52,351 nt of DNA from NCBI GenBank assembly GCA_027047745.1, contig JALTUB010000068.1:1-52351 (forward strand), written 5' to 3'. Origin of the DNA: Sulfurimonas sp. Its GTDB lineage: Bacteria > Campylobacterota > Campylobacteria > Campylobacterales > Sulfurimonadaceae. Of this stretch, positions 29,097-39,288 are shown in pieces (positions within the stretch are counted from its first letter, which is position 1; each line of letters begins with the position of its first letter). The translations under genes and the position numbers were made by a program. The notes under the pieces were generated by a model, which saw only the letters and a program-made list of their open reading frames with translations, was not told the DNA's origin and ran no database searches.

Positions 29097-30083
29097 ATGT
29101 CATTTGCAAAATACCCTGATATCTTTGATGAATTAAAAAATGAAGTTCGTGCCGCTGGGCTTTTAGATAGAGTTCCTGTTCGAGGAACGATAGAGATGAT
29201 AGCTATATTTGTCTCTATGTTTGTAGTTTACTGGATAGCATTTAATTGGAATTCTCTTTATCCTTCTACTTTGGCGGCGATTATGCTCGGTCTTTTTATG
29301 AGCATTATATTTACTCGTGCTGTTTTTGTGTCTCATGATGTTTTACATAGACAATATTTCAAAAAAAAATCTCTATCTTTTTTGATTAGTTATCCTTTCT
29401 CTGCATTTATCTTGTCAAACTCTTCATCATGGTGGGATTTTAAACACAATATTAACCATCATACTTGGTGTAATGTACCCGAAAAAGACGAGGATATTTT
29501 GGCGATGGATGGTGCTTTTACTCAAAAACAAAAAGGAAATAAAGCTTGGCTAAGAGCTAGTAAATACCTTGTTTTTTGGGGAGCTATGTTTTTTATGTAT
29601 CCTGCGTTTATAGCACAATCCTACTCTTTTGCCATCAAACGCAAGTTATGGGGAGAATTAGCTCTCATGTTGATGCATTGGCCATTAGTTTGGGGACCAA
29701 TATTTTACTTTTTACCATTCTCTAATGCTATTGTTGTTTTTTTAACATTAAACTTGACCCTTTCACCATGGCTAGCTTTTGGTTTTATCACAAATCATTT
29801 AGGTTGTGAAGTTATTGATAAAAAAGATAGTGAATCACTCTCTTGGATGGAACTACAGATGAGAACTTCTCGTTCTTTAAAAGGTGGTTTATTAGTGCAT
29901 TGGTTTTATGGTGGACTAAACACACAGATAGAGCATCACCTTTTTCCAAAAGCACCTCGTTTTAACCTACTAAAAGTACAAAAGATGACAAAAGAATTTG
30001 CTAAAAAACACAATATTGACTACTTTGAAACAACACCTATACAAGCATATATACAGATAAATGATGTTTTAAAAGAGTATTAA
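29097..30083 (+). CDS. membrane fatty-acid desaturase (front-end/Delta6-like, no cytochrome b5 domain)
   Basis: His boxes HDVLH, HNINHH, QIEHHLFP; TGATATAAT -10 upstream. Confidence 0.9.
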   Translation: MSFAKYPDIFDELKNEVRAAGLLDRVPVRGTIEMIAIFVSMFVVYWIAFNWNSLYPSTLAAIMLGLFMSIIFTRAVFVSHDVLHRQYFKKKSLSFLISYPFSAFILSNSSSWWDFKHNINHHTWCNVPEKDEDILAMDGAFTQKQKGNKAWLRASKYLVFWGAMFFMYPAFIAQSYSFAIKRKLWGELALMLMHWPLVWGPIFYFLPFSNAIVVFLTLNLTLSPWLAFGFITNHLGCEVIDKKDSESLSWMELQMRTSRSLKGGLLVHWFYGGLNTQIEHHLFPKAPRFNLLKVQKMTKEFAKKHNIDYFETTPIQAYIQINDVLKEY

Positions 30084-30094
30084 TAGTTTATATT

Positions 30095-31258
30095 TTATAT
30101 GCCTTCTATGGTAAGAAGTTTAGTTTTTCCTACCATTAAATCAACAGTCATTAACATTCTTTTAAATACAGAATCTTGTCTATACTCAAGGTTGTGTTTT
30201 TTGCATATCTCTTTTATGATAGGTTGCATTTTTTGATAGTAGCTATGAGGCATATTTGGAAAAAGATGATGTTCTATTTGATAGTTTAAAAAGCCATGTA
30301 AGTAGTCTATTAGGTCTGTTCCTGTGTTGTAGTTTACACTTCCCATAATCTGTCTTAGATAGTATTCACCCTGTGTTTTATGTGGTGTTGAAAACTGATA
30401 AATGTCTTCTGCTGAGTGATTTGGAACTATCACTAAAAATGAGTGTAAGTTTGCAAAAAGTTCAGCTATAACAAGAAGTACAAAAGCACTAAGAACAGCG
30501 TTTATTCCAAATGGTAAAAATAAAAGTGGTAAAAAAGCAAACTGAAAAAGTCCATAAGGAAGGTAGTATTGTAACCATAACTCTTTACCTCGTTTTGTTA
30601 GAGGATTGAACTCAAACTTGTCTGACCTTGGATTGTCTGTCCCTTGTTTTTCTCTGTTTTCTAAGATTCTAAGAGTATTTGGTGCATAGTAAGCTATTTT
30701 CCAAAATGAAGCGAATATGTAAATTATGGCATATTTGAAAAACATAGGCATTTGTATCTTGTGTAACCACTCAAGATTTTTTTCAACATTATCAGGATCG
30801 TCCATTTCACCTAAATGATAATGGTGCATGATGTTATGCTCATAAGCCCAAGCATCAGGTTTAATCCAGTCAAGCCAATCTATCCATCTTCTGTTTCCAG
30901 CAGCAAAACCTTTTTTTGTATATCTATAAGGTATATTTGGCACTTTATCATAAGCTCCATGAAGGATAGGGTGAGTAACATTTGCCCATCTAGCGACATT
31001 ACCAACTGAAACCAAAAACGCTCCAACTATACCAAAGAACCAAAAGTCAAAAACAGAAATACCTGAGTTAAATGAGTTTAGGATTACAACTAAAGATATG
31101 ATAGAAAAACCAGAAATTGTAGAAGATCTACCCCATTTTTCTAGTTTTAAAAGATGTTGAAAATCTTCCTCTGTTACTTTAATAGTTTTTTTTATCTCAT
31201 CTATGTCGTTTTGTAGTTCTTGTTGATTTACATCTCTGTAGTCTGTAAAAGTTGACAA
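30095..31258 (-). CDS. membrane fatty-acid desaturase (DesA3/acyl-CoA desaturase-like)
   Basis: His boxes HPILH, HNIMHH, QIEHHLFP; TTG start with GAGGAG RBS. Confidence 0.9.
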   Translation of the reverse strand: MSTFTDYRDVNQQELQNDIDEIKKTIKVTEEDFQHLLKLEKWGRSSTISGFSIISLVVILNSFNSGISVFDFWFFGIVGAFLVSVGNVARWANVTHPILHGAYDKVPNIPYRYTKKGFAAGNRRWIDWLDWIKPDAWAYEHNIMHHYHLGEMDDPDNVEKNLEWLHKIQMPMFFKYAIIYIFASFWKIAYYAPNTLRILENREKQGTDNPRSDKFEFNPLTKRGKELWLQYYLPYGLFQFAFLPLLFLPFGINAVLSAFVLLVIAELFANLHSFLVIVPNHSAEDIYQFSTPHKTQGEYYLRQIMGSVNYNTGTDLIDYLHGFLNYQIEHHLFPNMPHSYYQKMQPIIKEICKKHNLEYRQDSVFKRMLMTVDLMVGKTKLLTIEGI

Positions 31259-31374
31259 TTTAGCTCCTCAAATAATATATATTTGATGAAATTATAGTTA
31301 AAAAAACTTAGAGTTAATGCAATATGAATAGCAATTTGGATAAAATGGCAATAATTATAAAATTTGGAGAACTT

Positions 31375-32295
31375 ATGGACGCAGCCAAATATATTTGGAT
31401 GAATGGAAAATTCGTAGCTTGGGAAGATGCTAAGGTACATGTACTAACACACACTATACACTACGGAAACGGCGTGATAGAAGGAACAAAAGCATACAAA
31501 ACTGAGAAGGGTTATGCTATATTTCGTCTAAATGACCACACAAAAAGACTTTTAGAATCAGCGAAAATGACAATGATTAATATTCCTTATAGCGTGGAAG
31601 AGTTAAATCAAGCACAGATAGAGTTAGTGCGTAAAAATGAATTTACAGGGGATAATGTTTACCTTAGACCTTTTTCATTTTTAGGATATGGTGTTATGGG
31701 ACTTTATCATAAAGATGCTCCAGTTGAGACTGCAGTTGCTGCTTGGGAGTGGGGTGCGTATCTCGGTGAAGAGGGTATGAGAAAAGGCATAAAACTTAAA
31801 ATAGTTTCTATGACAAGACCTGCAAATACTTCAAATATGGGAAAAGCAAAAGCTACAGCAAACTATCTTAACTCACAAATGGCAAAGTTTGAAGCTATTG
31901 ACTGTGGATATGATGAAGCCTTGCTTTTAGATGACCAAGGTTATGTGGCAGAAGCAAGTGGAGCTGCATTTTTCATGATAAAAGATGGTGAGTTGATAAC
32001 TCCTCCAAGTGACAATGCTTTAGCATCTATCACGCAAAAAATGGTTATAGAGATGGCAGAAGATATGGGTATAAAAGTTACTCGTCGTCGCATAACTCGT
32101 GAAGAGGTATATGTGGCTGATGAAGCATTTTTAACGGGAACTGCAGCAGAGATTACACCTGTTGCAAATGTTGATGCTAGAGATATTGGTAGTGGTTCTC
32201 GTGGTAAGATAACCCAAAAAATTCAGAGTATTTACTTTGATATTGTGTTCGGTAGAAATAAAGAGTACGAACACTATTTAACTTATATAGATTAA
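31375..32295 (+). CDS. ilvE: branched-chain amino acid aminotransferase
   Basis: HYGNGVIEG.KAY, KA.ANYLNS, EAFLTGTAAEITPV; start moved to ATG 31375 (GGAGA RBS). Confidence 0.96.
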   Translation: MDAAKYIWMNGKFVAWEDAKVHVLTHTIHYGNGVIEGTKAYKTEKGYAIFRLNDHTKRLLESAKMTMINIPYSVEELNQAQIELVRKNEFTGDNVYLRPFSFLGYGVMGLYHKDAPVETAVAAWEWGAYLGEEGMRKGIKLKIVSMTRPANTSNMGKAKATANYLNSQMAKFEAIDCGYDEALLLDDQGYVAEASGAAFFMIKDGELITPPSDNALASITQKMVIEMAEDMGIKVTRRRITREEVYVADEAFLTGTAAEITPVANVDARDIGSGSRGKITQKIQSIYFDIVFGRNKEYEHYLTYID

Positions 32296-32320
32296 AAAAC
32301 AAATCAAAGGAAGTATAAAA

Positions 32321-33415
32321 ATGGCATCAGATATGAATGATTACTTTAACAAAAAGAAGAGTGAAGGTGGTGGATTTAACAATAAGTCTACAGGTGGAAA
32401 CGGTGGTAACAGTGGAGGTCCAAAAGGTCCTCAAATGCCAAATATAGATTTTAGTTTTGGTAAAAAATCAGGATTTATTTATTTTCTTATTGCAGTGGTT
32501 ATTATTTTAGTGTTAGCAAAACCTTTTACTATCGTTGAAGAGGGAGAAAGGGGGATATTAAGTACTAATGGTAGGTATCAAGATCAATCTCTTTTACCAG
32601 GTTTACACTTTATTATTCCAGTTATTCAAAAAGTATATTCTGTTGATACAAAAGTTCGTATAATTAACTATGTATCTCGCACGGAATCAAATAGTGTAAG
32701 TGCTGGAATAGTAAAAAAACCTGCTATTACAGTTCTTGATAAGCGAGGTTTACCAGTTTCGATAGAATTAACTGTTCAATATAGATTAAATGCAAAATTT
32801 GCAGCACAAACTATCTCTAACTGGGGATTTTCATGGGAAGATAAGATTATAAACCCTGTTGTTCGTGATGTTGTTCGTAATGTTGTTGGTAAATATGATG
32901 CAGAGTCATTACCTACTATGAGAAACAAAGTAGCAACAGAGATAGAAGATGGAATCAGAAAGAGTGTAAGAAGCTTGAAAAATTCACCAGCAATTTTGCA
33001 ATCTGTACAGCTTCGTGATATTGTTCTTCCTGTAAAGGTTAAAGAACAAATTGAAAATGTTCAGATAGCTAAACAAGAGGTTCAAAAAGCACAGCAACAA
33101 GTACAAAGAGCAAAACAAGAAGCACTTCAAAGAGCTGCTCAAGCTGAGGGTGTTGCACAACAAGCAAGGATAGAAGCAAAAGGTAAGGCAGATGCTGTAA
33201 CTATTGAAGCAGATGCAAAATCAAAAGCAAATCTTCTTATTGCAAAATCATTAACAACTAAACTTTTAGAGTTAAAACAGCTAGAAGTTCAAGGTAGATT
33301 TAATGATGCACTTAAAGTAAACAAAGATGCAAAAATCTTCTTAACACCTGGTGGATCAACTCCAAATATTTGGGTTGATACAAAAGATGTTAGAAAAAGA
33401 ACTACGGCTAACTAA
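32321..33415 (+). CDS. SPFH/prohibitin (band 7) membrane protein
   Basis: Gly-rich N-terminus, one TM, PGLHFIIP, AEG/EA coiled-coil repeats. Confidence 0.9.
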   Translation: MASDMNDYFNKKKSEGGGFNNKSTGGNGGNSGGPKGPQMPNIDFSFGKKSGFIYFLIAVVIILVLAKPFTIVEEGERGILSTNGRYQDQSLLPGLHFIIPVIQKVYSVDTKVRIINYVSRTESNSVSAGIVKKPAITVLDKRGLPVSIELTVQYRLNAKFAAQTISNWGFSWEDKIINPVVRDVVRNVVGKYDAESLPTMRNKVATEIEDGIRKSVRSLKNSPAILQSVQLRDIVLPVKVKEQIENVQIAKQEVQKAQQQVQRAKQEALQRAAQAEGVAQQARIEAKGKADAVTIEADAKSKANLLIAKSLTTKLLELKQLEVQGRFNDALKVNKDAKIFLTPGGSTPNIWVDTKDVRKRTTAN

Positions 33416-33418
33416 GAT

Positions 33419-34099
33419 ATGCAAGAAGCTTTAAACCGTATTGACTGGGAAAAGATAGACCTTTTGCCAGTTATAGTTCAAGATGTAAAAAACAGTGAAG
33501 TTTTGATGATGGCTTATATGGATAAAGAGGCTTTAGAGTTGTCTTTATCTACAAAAATTGCACACTATTTTTCTCGTTCAAAACATAGAATCTGGAAAAA
33601 AGGGGAGAGTAGTGGGCATATGCAAGCTATTAACTCTTTTAACATTGATTGTGACAATGATACTCTGCTCATAAAAGTAACACAAGAGGGCGTTGCTTGT
33701 CATACTGGTCGTCGTTCATGTTTCTTTACAGAGCTAGAGAGTGGTGAAGTGACATCAAAAGTTGAGGTAGATACTAAAAGTGCTTATGGTGTTATAGATA
33801 CACTTTATCATACTATCCAAGAGAGAAAACAAGCAGATCCTAAAACTTCATGGACAGCGAAACTTTTTTCTAAAGGTGATAATACAATTTTGAAAAAAGT
33901 TGTTGAAGAGTCAGGTGAGTTTTGTTTTGCATACAAAGATAACGACGAAGCAGAGATGGTATATGAAGCTGCAGATTTGACTTATCATATGCTTGTAGCA
34001 CTTGCAGCGAAAAATGTCTCTCCTGATAGAATAAAACAGGAGTTAGCTCGTAGATTTGATATGAGTGGTATCGCAGAAAAAAATTCTAGAGAGGATTAA
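33419..34099 (+). CDS. hisIE: phosphoribosyl-AMP cyclohydrolase / phosphoribosyl-ATP pyrophosphatase
   Basis: WKKGESSGH, DCDNDTLL, ACHTGRRSCF, KKV.EE, EAADL.YH. Confidence 0.96.
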   Translation: MQEALNRIDWEKIDLLPVIVQDVKNSEVLMMAYMDKEALELSLSTKIAHYFSRSKHRIWKKGESSGHMQAINSFNIDCDNDTLLIKVTQEGVACHTGRRSCFFTELESGEVTSKVEVDTKSAYGVIDTLYHTIQERKQADPKTSWTAKLFSKGDNTILKKVVEESGEFCFAYKDNDEAEMVYEAADLTYHMLVALAAKNVSPDRIKQELARRFDMSGIAEKNSRED

Positions 34100-34108
34100 T
34101 AGTTTAGT

Positions 34109-34621
34109 ATGAAAGAGAAAATCACTGCCTTTATAAATGGATTTATCATATATGATTATATTCTTTTTGGTGCTGTTTTAACTCTTTTTTTACTATTTAT
34201 CATACTCTCTATTGTTTTGAGAAAAAGATTAGGTTTGTCTATCTTTATCTTACTCCTTTCATTTGTTATTCTCTTTGCTGGACCAACTATAGGTTATAAA
34301 GAGATGCATAAATACCTTTTTAAAAATAGTGTTACTATTATCTCACAAAAAAGATTGTTATTTACACCTGCTATTGTTGTTAAAGGTAGTTTAAAAAATG
34401 AGTCAAAATTTAATTTTAAAAGATGTGTTATTACTGCTCATGTTCATAAAGTCAGTAAAAATGTTCTTAAAAATTATATATATAAATTTAAAAACTTTAA
34501 GAATATGTCGATTGTAGAAGATAATATTGCTAAAGGTGATGTAAGATTATTTAAAATAATTGTTGAGCCTTTTACTTACAAAAGAGATTATAACCTTAGT
34601 ATAAAAGCGAGTTGTAAATGA
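34109..34621 (+). CDS. DUF2393-like membrane protein
   Basis: two N-terminal TM helices and a beta-rich C-terminus with two Cys; typical neighbour of hisIE in Campylobacterota. Confidence 0.7.
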   Translation: MKEKITAFINGFIIYDYILFGAVLTLFLLFIILSIVLRKRLGLSIFILLLSFVILFAGPTIGYKEMHKYLFKNSVTIISQKRLLFTPAIVVKGSLKNESKFNFKRCVITAHVHKVSKNVLKNYIYKFKNFKNMSIVEDNIAKGDVRLFKIIVEPFTYKRDYNLSIKASCK

Positions 34622-35163
34622 CACTATTTAACTATTGGCACTACATAGTATTGGCAGTTATATTTTTTTTATTTATCGGTGGTATAGTCTCAGCTTTTAA
34701 ACAAAAAAATCAAAAATTAATCTTACCTATGGTTTTCTCAACAACACTTGTAAGTGTTTTGATGCTTGTGTTTGCTGTTATAGTTGTTGATAAATATACG
34801 AAAGTTGTAAAACTGTATAAACTGCATAACCATAGACTTATAAATATTGAGAAAATAGTTTATACTGGAATTGTGAAGAATACAGGTAGTTATGAGATTG
34901 GAAAAGTTACTTTTGAGATAAAGCTTGTCAATAGAGGTCATGCTACTGGTAATGTAAAAGGTGTAAATTTTTATAAACCAAGTGGTTTTTTTAGCTTTTT
35001 TACAGGTGGATACAATCTAAAAACAAAACCACAAAGTATTACTAAAGAGTTTGTGGTAGCTAGAAACTTAAAACCTGGAAATGCTAGAGCATTTAGAGTT
35101 TATTTTGACTATCCACCATATTTTAGAAGTGTTTCACAATTTTCTAAAGTTTGGGGTCATTAA
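34618..35163 (+). CDS. DUF2393-like membrane protein (paralogue)
   Basis: two TM helices then TG.VKN.G beta-sandwich pattern; overlaps the previous gene. Confidence 0.7.
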   Translation: MTLFNYWHYIVLAVIFFLFIGGIVSAFKQKNQKLILPMVFSTTLVSVLMLVFAVIVVDKYTKVVKLYKLHNHRLINIEKIVYTGIVKNTGSYEIGKVTFEIKLVNRGHATGNVKGVNFYKPSGFFSFFTGGYNLKTKPQSITKEFVVARNLKPGNARAFRVYFDYPPYFRSVSQFSKVWGH

Positions 35164-36119
35164 TATTTAAGACCTATAGTTTTAAAAGCTGCATTTATAG
35201 ATTTGATTTGAGTGTTTTTGTTTCTACACCAAGATGGAGCGAGAAGTGAATCATCATCGATTCCAGCAGTTACTCTTTGAACACTTACATTTGCTGGCTT
35301 CATTTGTATTGATTTTAGTAAAACATCAAGATACTTCTCTTCACTTATAGGTTTAAAGTCTCCACGGTTAAATTCATTTGCTAGTGCTGTTCTTTTAACA
35401 ACATATAAAGGATGGTACTTAACAGAGTCTATACCCCAAGAGTAAGCTGCACGAGATGTCTCTAGCATCATATCCTCTGTTTCATTAGGTAAACCAAAGA
35501 TAAGATGTCCACAAACATTTAGACCAGCTTTTTTAGATTTTAATATCCACTCTTTTACATTAGCACTATCATGACCACGATTTATTTTTATAAGTGTTTC
35601 ATCATAAACTGATTGAATCCCAAACTCTATCCATATCTCTTTATCTTTTGCAAGAGTAGAAAGATAATCAAGAGTCTCTCGCGTGATACTATCAGAACGA
35701 GTTCCTATGCTAAGACCTATAACGCTATCAAATGATAGGGCTTTTTCATAAAGAGCTTTAAGCGTGTCAAATGGAGCATAAGTGTTAGTAAAAGATTGGA
35801 AATAAACAAGAAATTTCTTAGCCCCATACTCTTTAGCTTGTCGTTTAGATATAGCTTCAAACTGAAATTTAAGTTGTTCTAACTGTTTATCTAAAAAAGG
35901 ATTTTCTGTTGAGTCTAAATTTAAGTGAAAACCTTTGAGTTCTTGAACTTCATCGGTACTTGCTGAAAAAGAGTCATTTTCACAAAAAGTACAGCCACCT
36001 TTAGCTACTGTGCCATCTATATTTGGACAAGTAAAACCAGATACATTTATGCCAACTTTGTAAACTTTGACACCAAATTTATCTTTTAAATAGCTACCAT
36101 AAGTATAAATCTGTTTCAA
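35160..36119 (-). CDS. TIGR01212/YhcC-family radical SAM protein
   Basis: GFTCPNIDG...GGCTFC, YFQSFTNTYA; TTG start. Confidence 0.92.
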   Translation of the reverse strand: MKQIYTYGSYLKDKFGVKVYKVGINVSGFTCPNIDGTVAKGGCTFCENDSFSASTDEVQELKGFHLNLDSTENPFLDKQLEQLKFQFEAISKRQAKEYGAKKFLVYFQSFTNTYAPFDTLKALYEKALSFDSVIGLSIGTRSDSITRETLDYLSTLAKDKEIWIEFGIQSVYDETLIKINRGHDSANVKEWILKSKKAGLNVCGHLIFGLPNETEDMMLETSRAAYSWGIDSVKYHPLYVVKRTALANEFNRGDFKPISEEKYLDVLLKSIQMKPANVSVQRVTAGIDDDSLLAPSWCRNKNTQIKSINAAFKTIGLKY

Positions 36120-36216
36120 TTATAATTCTCCTTTTTCTTAAGCAAAGCTCAAGAAAAATTCCTCTCACTAAAGCTTTGTTCTTTGCAAGAACAAGAATAA
36201 AATAGATTCTATTTTA

Positions 36217-37578
36217 TTAAACTATATACTTACCTGTAAAACAAGCAGTACAATACTTCTCTTCCTCTATGGAGGAGTTAACGCTTCTAAGAAGTGATTT
36301 TTCATCCAAGTATGCTAATGAATCAGCTTCAATATAGTCACAAATCTCTTGATTTGTTTTATTTGCAGCGATGAGTTTATCTTTACTTGGAGTATCAACA
36401 CCATAAAAACAAGGGTCTGTTGTAGGTGGTGAAGAGATACGCATATGTACCTCTTTTGCTCCTGCTTCTTTAAGCATTCTTATAATTCTTCTTGATGTTG
36501 TTCCACGAACTATAGAATCATCAACAACGATTACTATTTTATCTTTTATGATTTCAATCATAGGTGAGAGTTTCATTTTTACTTTCAAATCACGCATCTC
36601 TTGAGTTGGTTCTATAAAAGTTCTACCGATGTAATGATTTCTCATGATACCCATCTCATAAGGAATACCACTCTCTTGAGCGTAACCAATAGCAGCAGGA
36701 ACTCCACCATCAGGTACAGGAATAACTACATCTGCTTCAACTGGTTTTACTCTCGCAAGTTCTTGACCCATGTTTTTTCTAGTTTTATAAACTGACTGAC
36801 CAAAAACTGATGAATCTGGACGAGCAAAATATACATACTCAAAAATACAATGTTTAGGTGTTGGTTCATAAACTTTAATACTAATAGGTTCTTTGCCCTC
36901 TTCAAAAATCAAAAGCTCACCTGGCTCAACATCTCTTATGAATGTAGCACTAACAAGGTCAAAGGCACAAGTCTCACTTGCTACAATATAACCACCATTT
37001 GGTAAACGACCTAAGCTTAAAGGACGAAAACCAAAACGATCACGCATAGCAAACATTTTTGTTCTACTTAAAAACACAAGGGAAAAAGCACCCTCTATCC
37101 TCTGAACAGCATCAATAATCCTATCAAGAAGTTTGTCTTTTGAACTTTTTGCAATAAGATGGATAAGATTTTCTGTATCCATGAAAGTTTGAAAAATTGC
37201 ACCTTTTTTTATAAGTGCATTTCTAACTTCATCTGCATTCGTTAGGTTTCCATTGTGAACAATCGCCATTTCACCTAAGTCATATCTAGCAAAAACAGGT
37301 TGTGCATCTAAGATAGAATCATCACCAGCAGTTGAGTATCGAGTATGTCCTACAGCACTTGTGCCACTTAGTGTTTGTAGCTTTTCTTCATCAAAAACAC
37401 GCATAACAAGTCCGCGTTTTTTAATTGTATGAAGCTTTTTTCCATCAGAAGAACTTATTCCAGCAGCTTCTTGACCACGGTGTTGAAGTGCGTGTAGCGA
37501 AAAATAAGCTAATTTAGAAGCATCCTCACAGCCATATATTCCGACAACAGCACACTTTTCGTTCATATTTTCGTGCAA
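36217..37578 (-). CDS. purF: amidophosphoribosyltransferase
   Basis: short propeptide then C-AVVG, LQHRGQE, GHTRYST, VDDSIVRGTT, CTACF. Confidence 0.97.
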   Translation of the reverse strand: MHENMNEKCAVVGIYGCEDASKLAYFSLHALQHRGQEAAGISSSDGKKLHTIKKRGLVMRVFDEEKLQTLSGTSAVGHTRYSTAGDDSILDAQPVFARYDLGEMAIVHNGNLTNADEVRNALIKKGAIFQTFMDTENLIHLIAKSSKDKLLDRIIDAVQRIEGAFSLVFLSRTKMFAMRDRFGFRPLSLGRLPNGGYIVASETCAFDLVSATFIRDVEPGELLIFEEGKEPISIKVYEPTPKHCIFEYVYFARPDSSVFGQSVYKTRKNMGQELARVKPVEADVVIPVPDGGVPAAIGYAQESGIPYEMGIMRNHYIGRTFIEPTQEMRDLKVKMKLSPMIEIIKDKIVIVVDDSIVRGTTSRRIIRMLKEAGAKEVHMRISSPPTTDPCFYGVDTPSKDKLIAANKTNQEICDYIEADSLAYLDEKSLLRSVNSSIEEEKYCTACFTGKYIV

Positions 37579-37710
37579 GATAAAATCCTTAGTAAATGGT
37601 AGTAAAATATTAATGCAATTATACTCAAAATATATGTAAGTAATCTTATATAAACTTGGAATTAATATTGCTTAGTAATTTATGAAGATATAAAAATTAA
37701 GGATTGTGTC

Positions 37711-38514
37711 ATGAATATTGTATTGCGTAACAATCTAATTCTTATAACAACAGGGTTCGAGACTTTAAATAGTTCATGGATGAAAGATTTCTTAACTCGT
37801 CACTCTCGTGGTATGCTGTTTTTACCTAAGGCAGTGTTAGTTTTTAGAAATGATAACTTGACAGAAGTTAGAGATGAATTTTTAAGAAAACTTAGTAAAT
37901 ATCATGCTTCAAAAAATGAATTTTCACATCAATTTTTTCTTCGTTCAATGTTAAAATATGGAACACAACCTATAAAAATTGAACTAAAAGAACAACTTGA
38001 ACCACAAAATGTAAAAGTAAACCTGTATGCTTATGATAAAAATACTGTTTTAATATCCTTGGACTACCCAAACTCATGGGTTGTAAGTTATTTGCGTTCA
38101 CAACTAGAGGTTTATGTAGAAAAAGGAACTGATGTATCTTTGGTTATAGATGTTTCAGACTATAAAGCAAAAGCAAGACTAGAGAGAGCTTTAAATAAAA
38201 GGCATATTTTACATTATCAGATACAATATACCTATGATAATCATTTTATGTCAAAACTTTATAGTGACTTTGCAAACTTTAGTTTTGGTGACTTGTGTAA
38301 AGAGGATGAACTTGATGAAAATCTTCACTATTATACTGTTTTAGAGTGTCCTGTTGGAGCTTCTCAAGATGCCCTTAAAAAGTCTTACAAAAAACTAGTG
38401 AAAGTTTATCATCCAGATAAGATATTTAATGATACTCCTCACATGATGCAACACTACACGCAAAGATTTCAACTTTTACAAGAAGCTTATACGGCCTTAA
38501 GAGTTGTTAGTTGA
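37711..38514 (+). CDS. protein with a C-terminal DnaJ (J) domain
   Basis: YYTVLE...LKKSYKKLVKVYHPDK...FQLLQEAY..L. Confidence 0.88.
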   Translation: MNIVLRNNLILITTGFETLNSSWMKDFLTRHSRGMLFLPKAVLVFRNDNLTEVRDEFLRKLSKYHASKNEFSHQFFLRSMLKYGTQPIKIELKEQLEPQNVKVNLYAYDKNTVLISLDYPNSWVVSYLRSQLEVYVEKGTDVSLVIDVSDYKAKARLERALNKRHILHYQIQYTYDNHFMSKLYSDFANFSFGDLCKEDELDENLHYYTVLECPVGASQDALKKSYKKLVKVYHPDKIFNDTPHMMQHYTQRFQLLQEAYTALRVVS

Positions 38515-38533
38515 TAAAATTTTCGATCAAATC

Positions 38534-39225
38534 TTATTTTGAGGTGGGTTTTACAAGTGCTGCAAAATCATCACCACTAAATAGTGCTAGTTCTTTTCCT
38601 CTCATGTTCATAAGTTCTTTTGAAAAACCTCTTTTGGAAAAGAAAATTATCTGAGTCGGTGTTAGGTTTAGTTTTTCACATTTTTCTTTTAGCTTGTTTA
38701 TCTCTTTTTTGTTTACTTTGTGATTTGTCCATTTACATTCACCAACATAAATTTTACCATTATCAGTAATAGTTAGTATGTCTATCTCTATATCAGCATC
38801 CCAATAACTCCCTGAACTTACTATCTGGTCATCTCTAAGATTGTAGTTTAGTAAAATTTCAGAGAGTTCCTCAAAAACTAAGCTTGTATAGTTACTCTGT
38901 TTATCATTGAAGTTTTTAAGAACTTGTTCAAAATCTCCAGCTTTTATGTTTTTTGTTTGTGGGGCTATAAAGTAGTACCAAAATCGAACAAAGGGATGGG
39001 AAAAAAGTACCTTGTGTGAAATCCTATGCCTTGCATCTTTTCATGTAAGGCATCATAATTATCTAGGATGATTGTTTTGATAAGTGTTGAGATAGGTTTT
39101 GTGGTATCAATATCCCATCCAAGCCCTCCAAAAACTGCAAAGTAAGAGATCTGAGTCTCCATATCATCAGGATAATTACGAAAATAAAATGAACGAAACT
39201 GTTCAAGCAATTTGGAATTTGTCAT
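38534..39225 (-). pseudogene. DUF234-type ATPase/restriction-nuclease-like gene disrupted by an internal deletion and frameshift
   Basis: N-part MTNSK...YFAVFGG...HEKMQ joins at ~39031 to another frame RHRISHKVLFSHPFVRFWYYF...VFEEL...YWD..IEID...GECKW...FSKRGF ending at 38534. Confidence 0.85.
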
Positions 39226-39288
39226 GAAATATTGTAGCATATAAAGGTAAAAATTTCTATGGATAAGTGATTGTATGAGTTTATTTAT

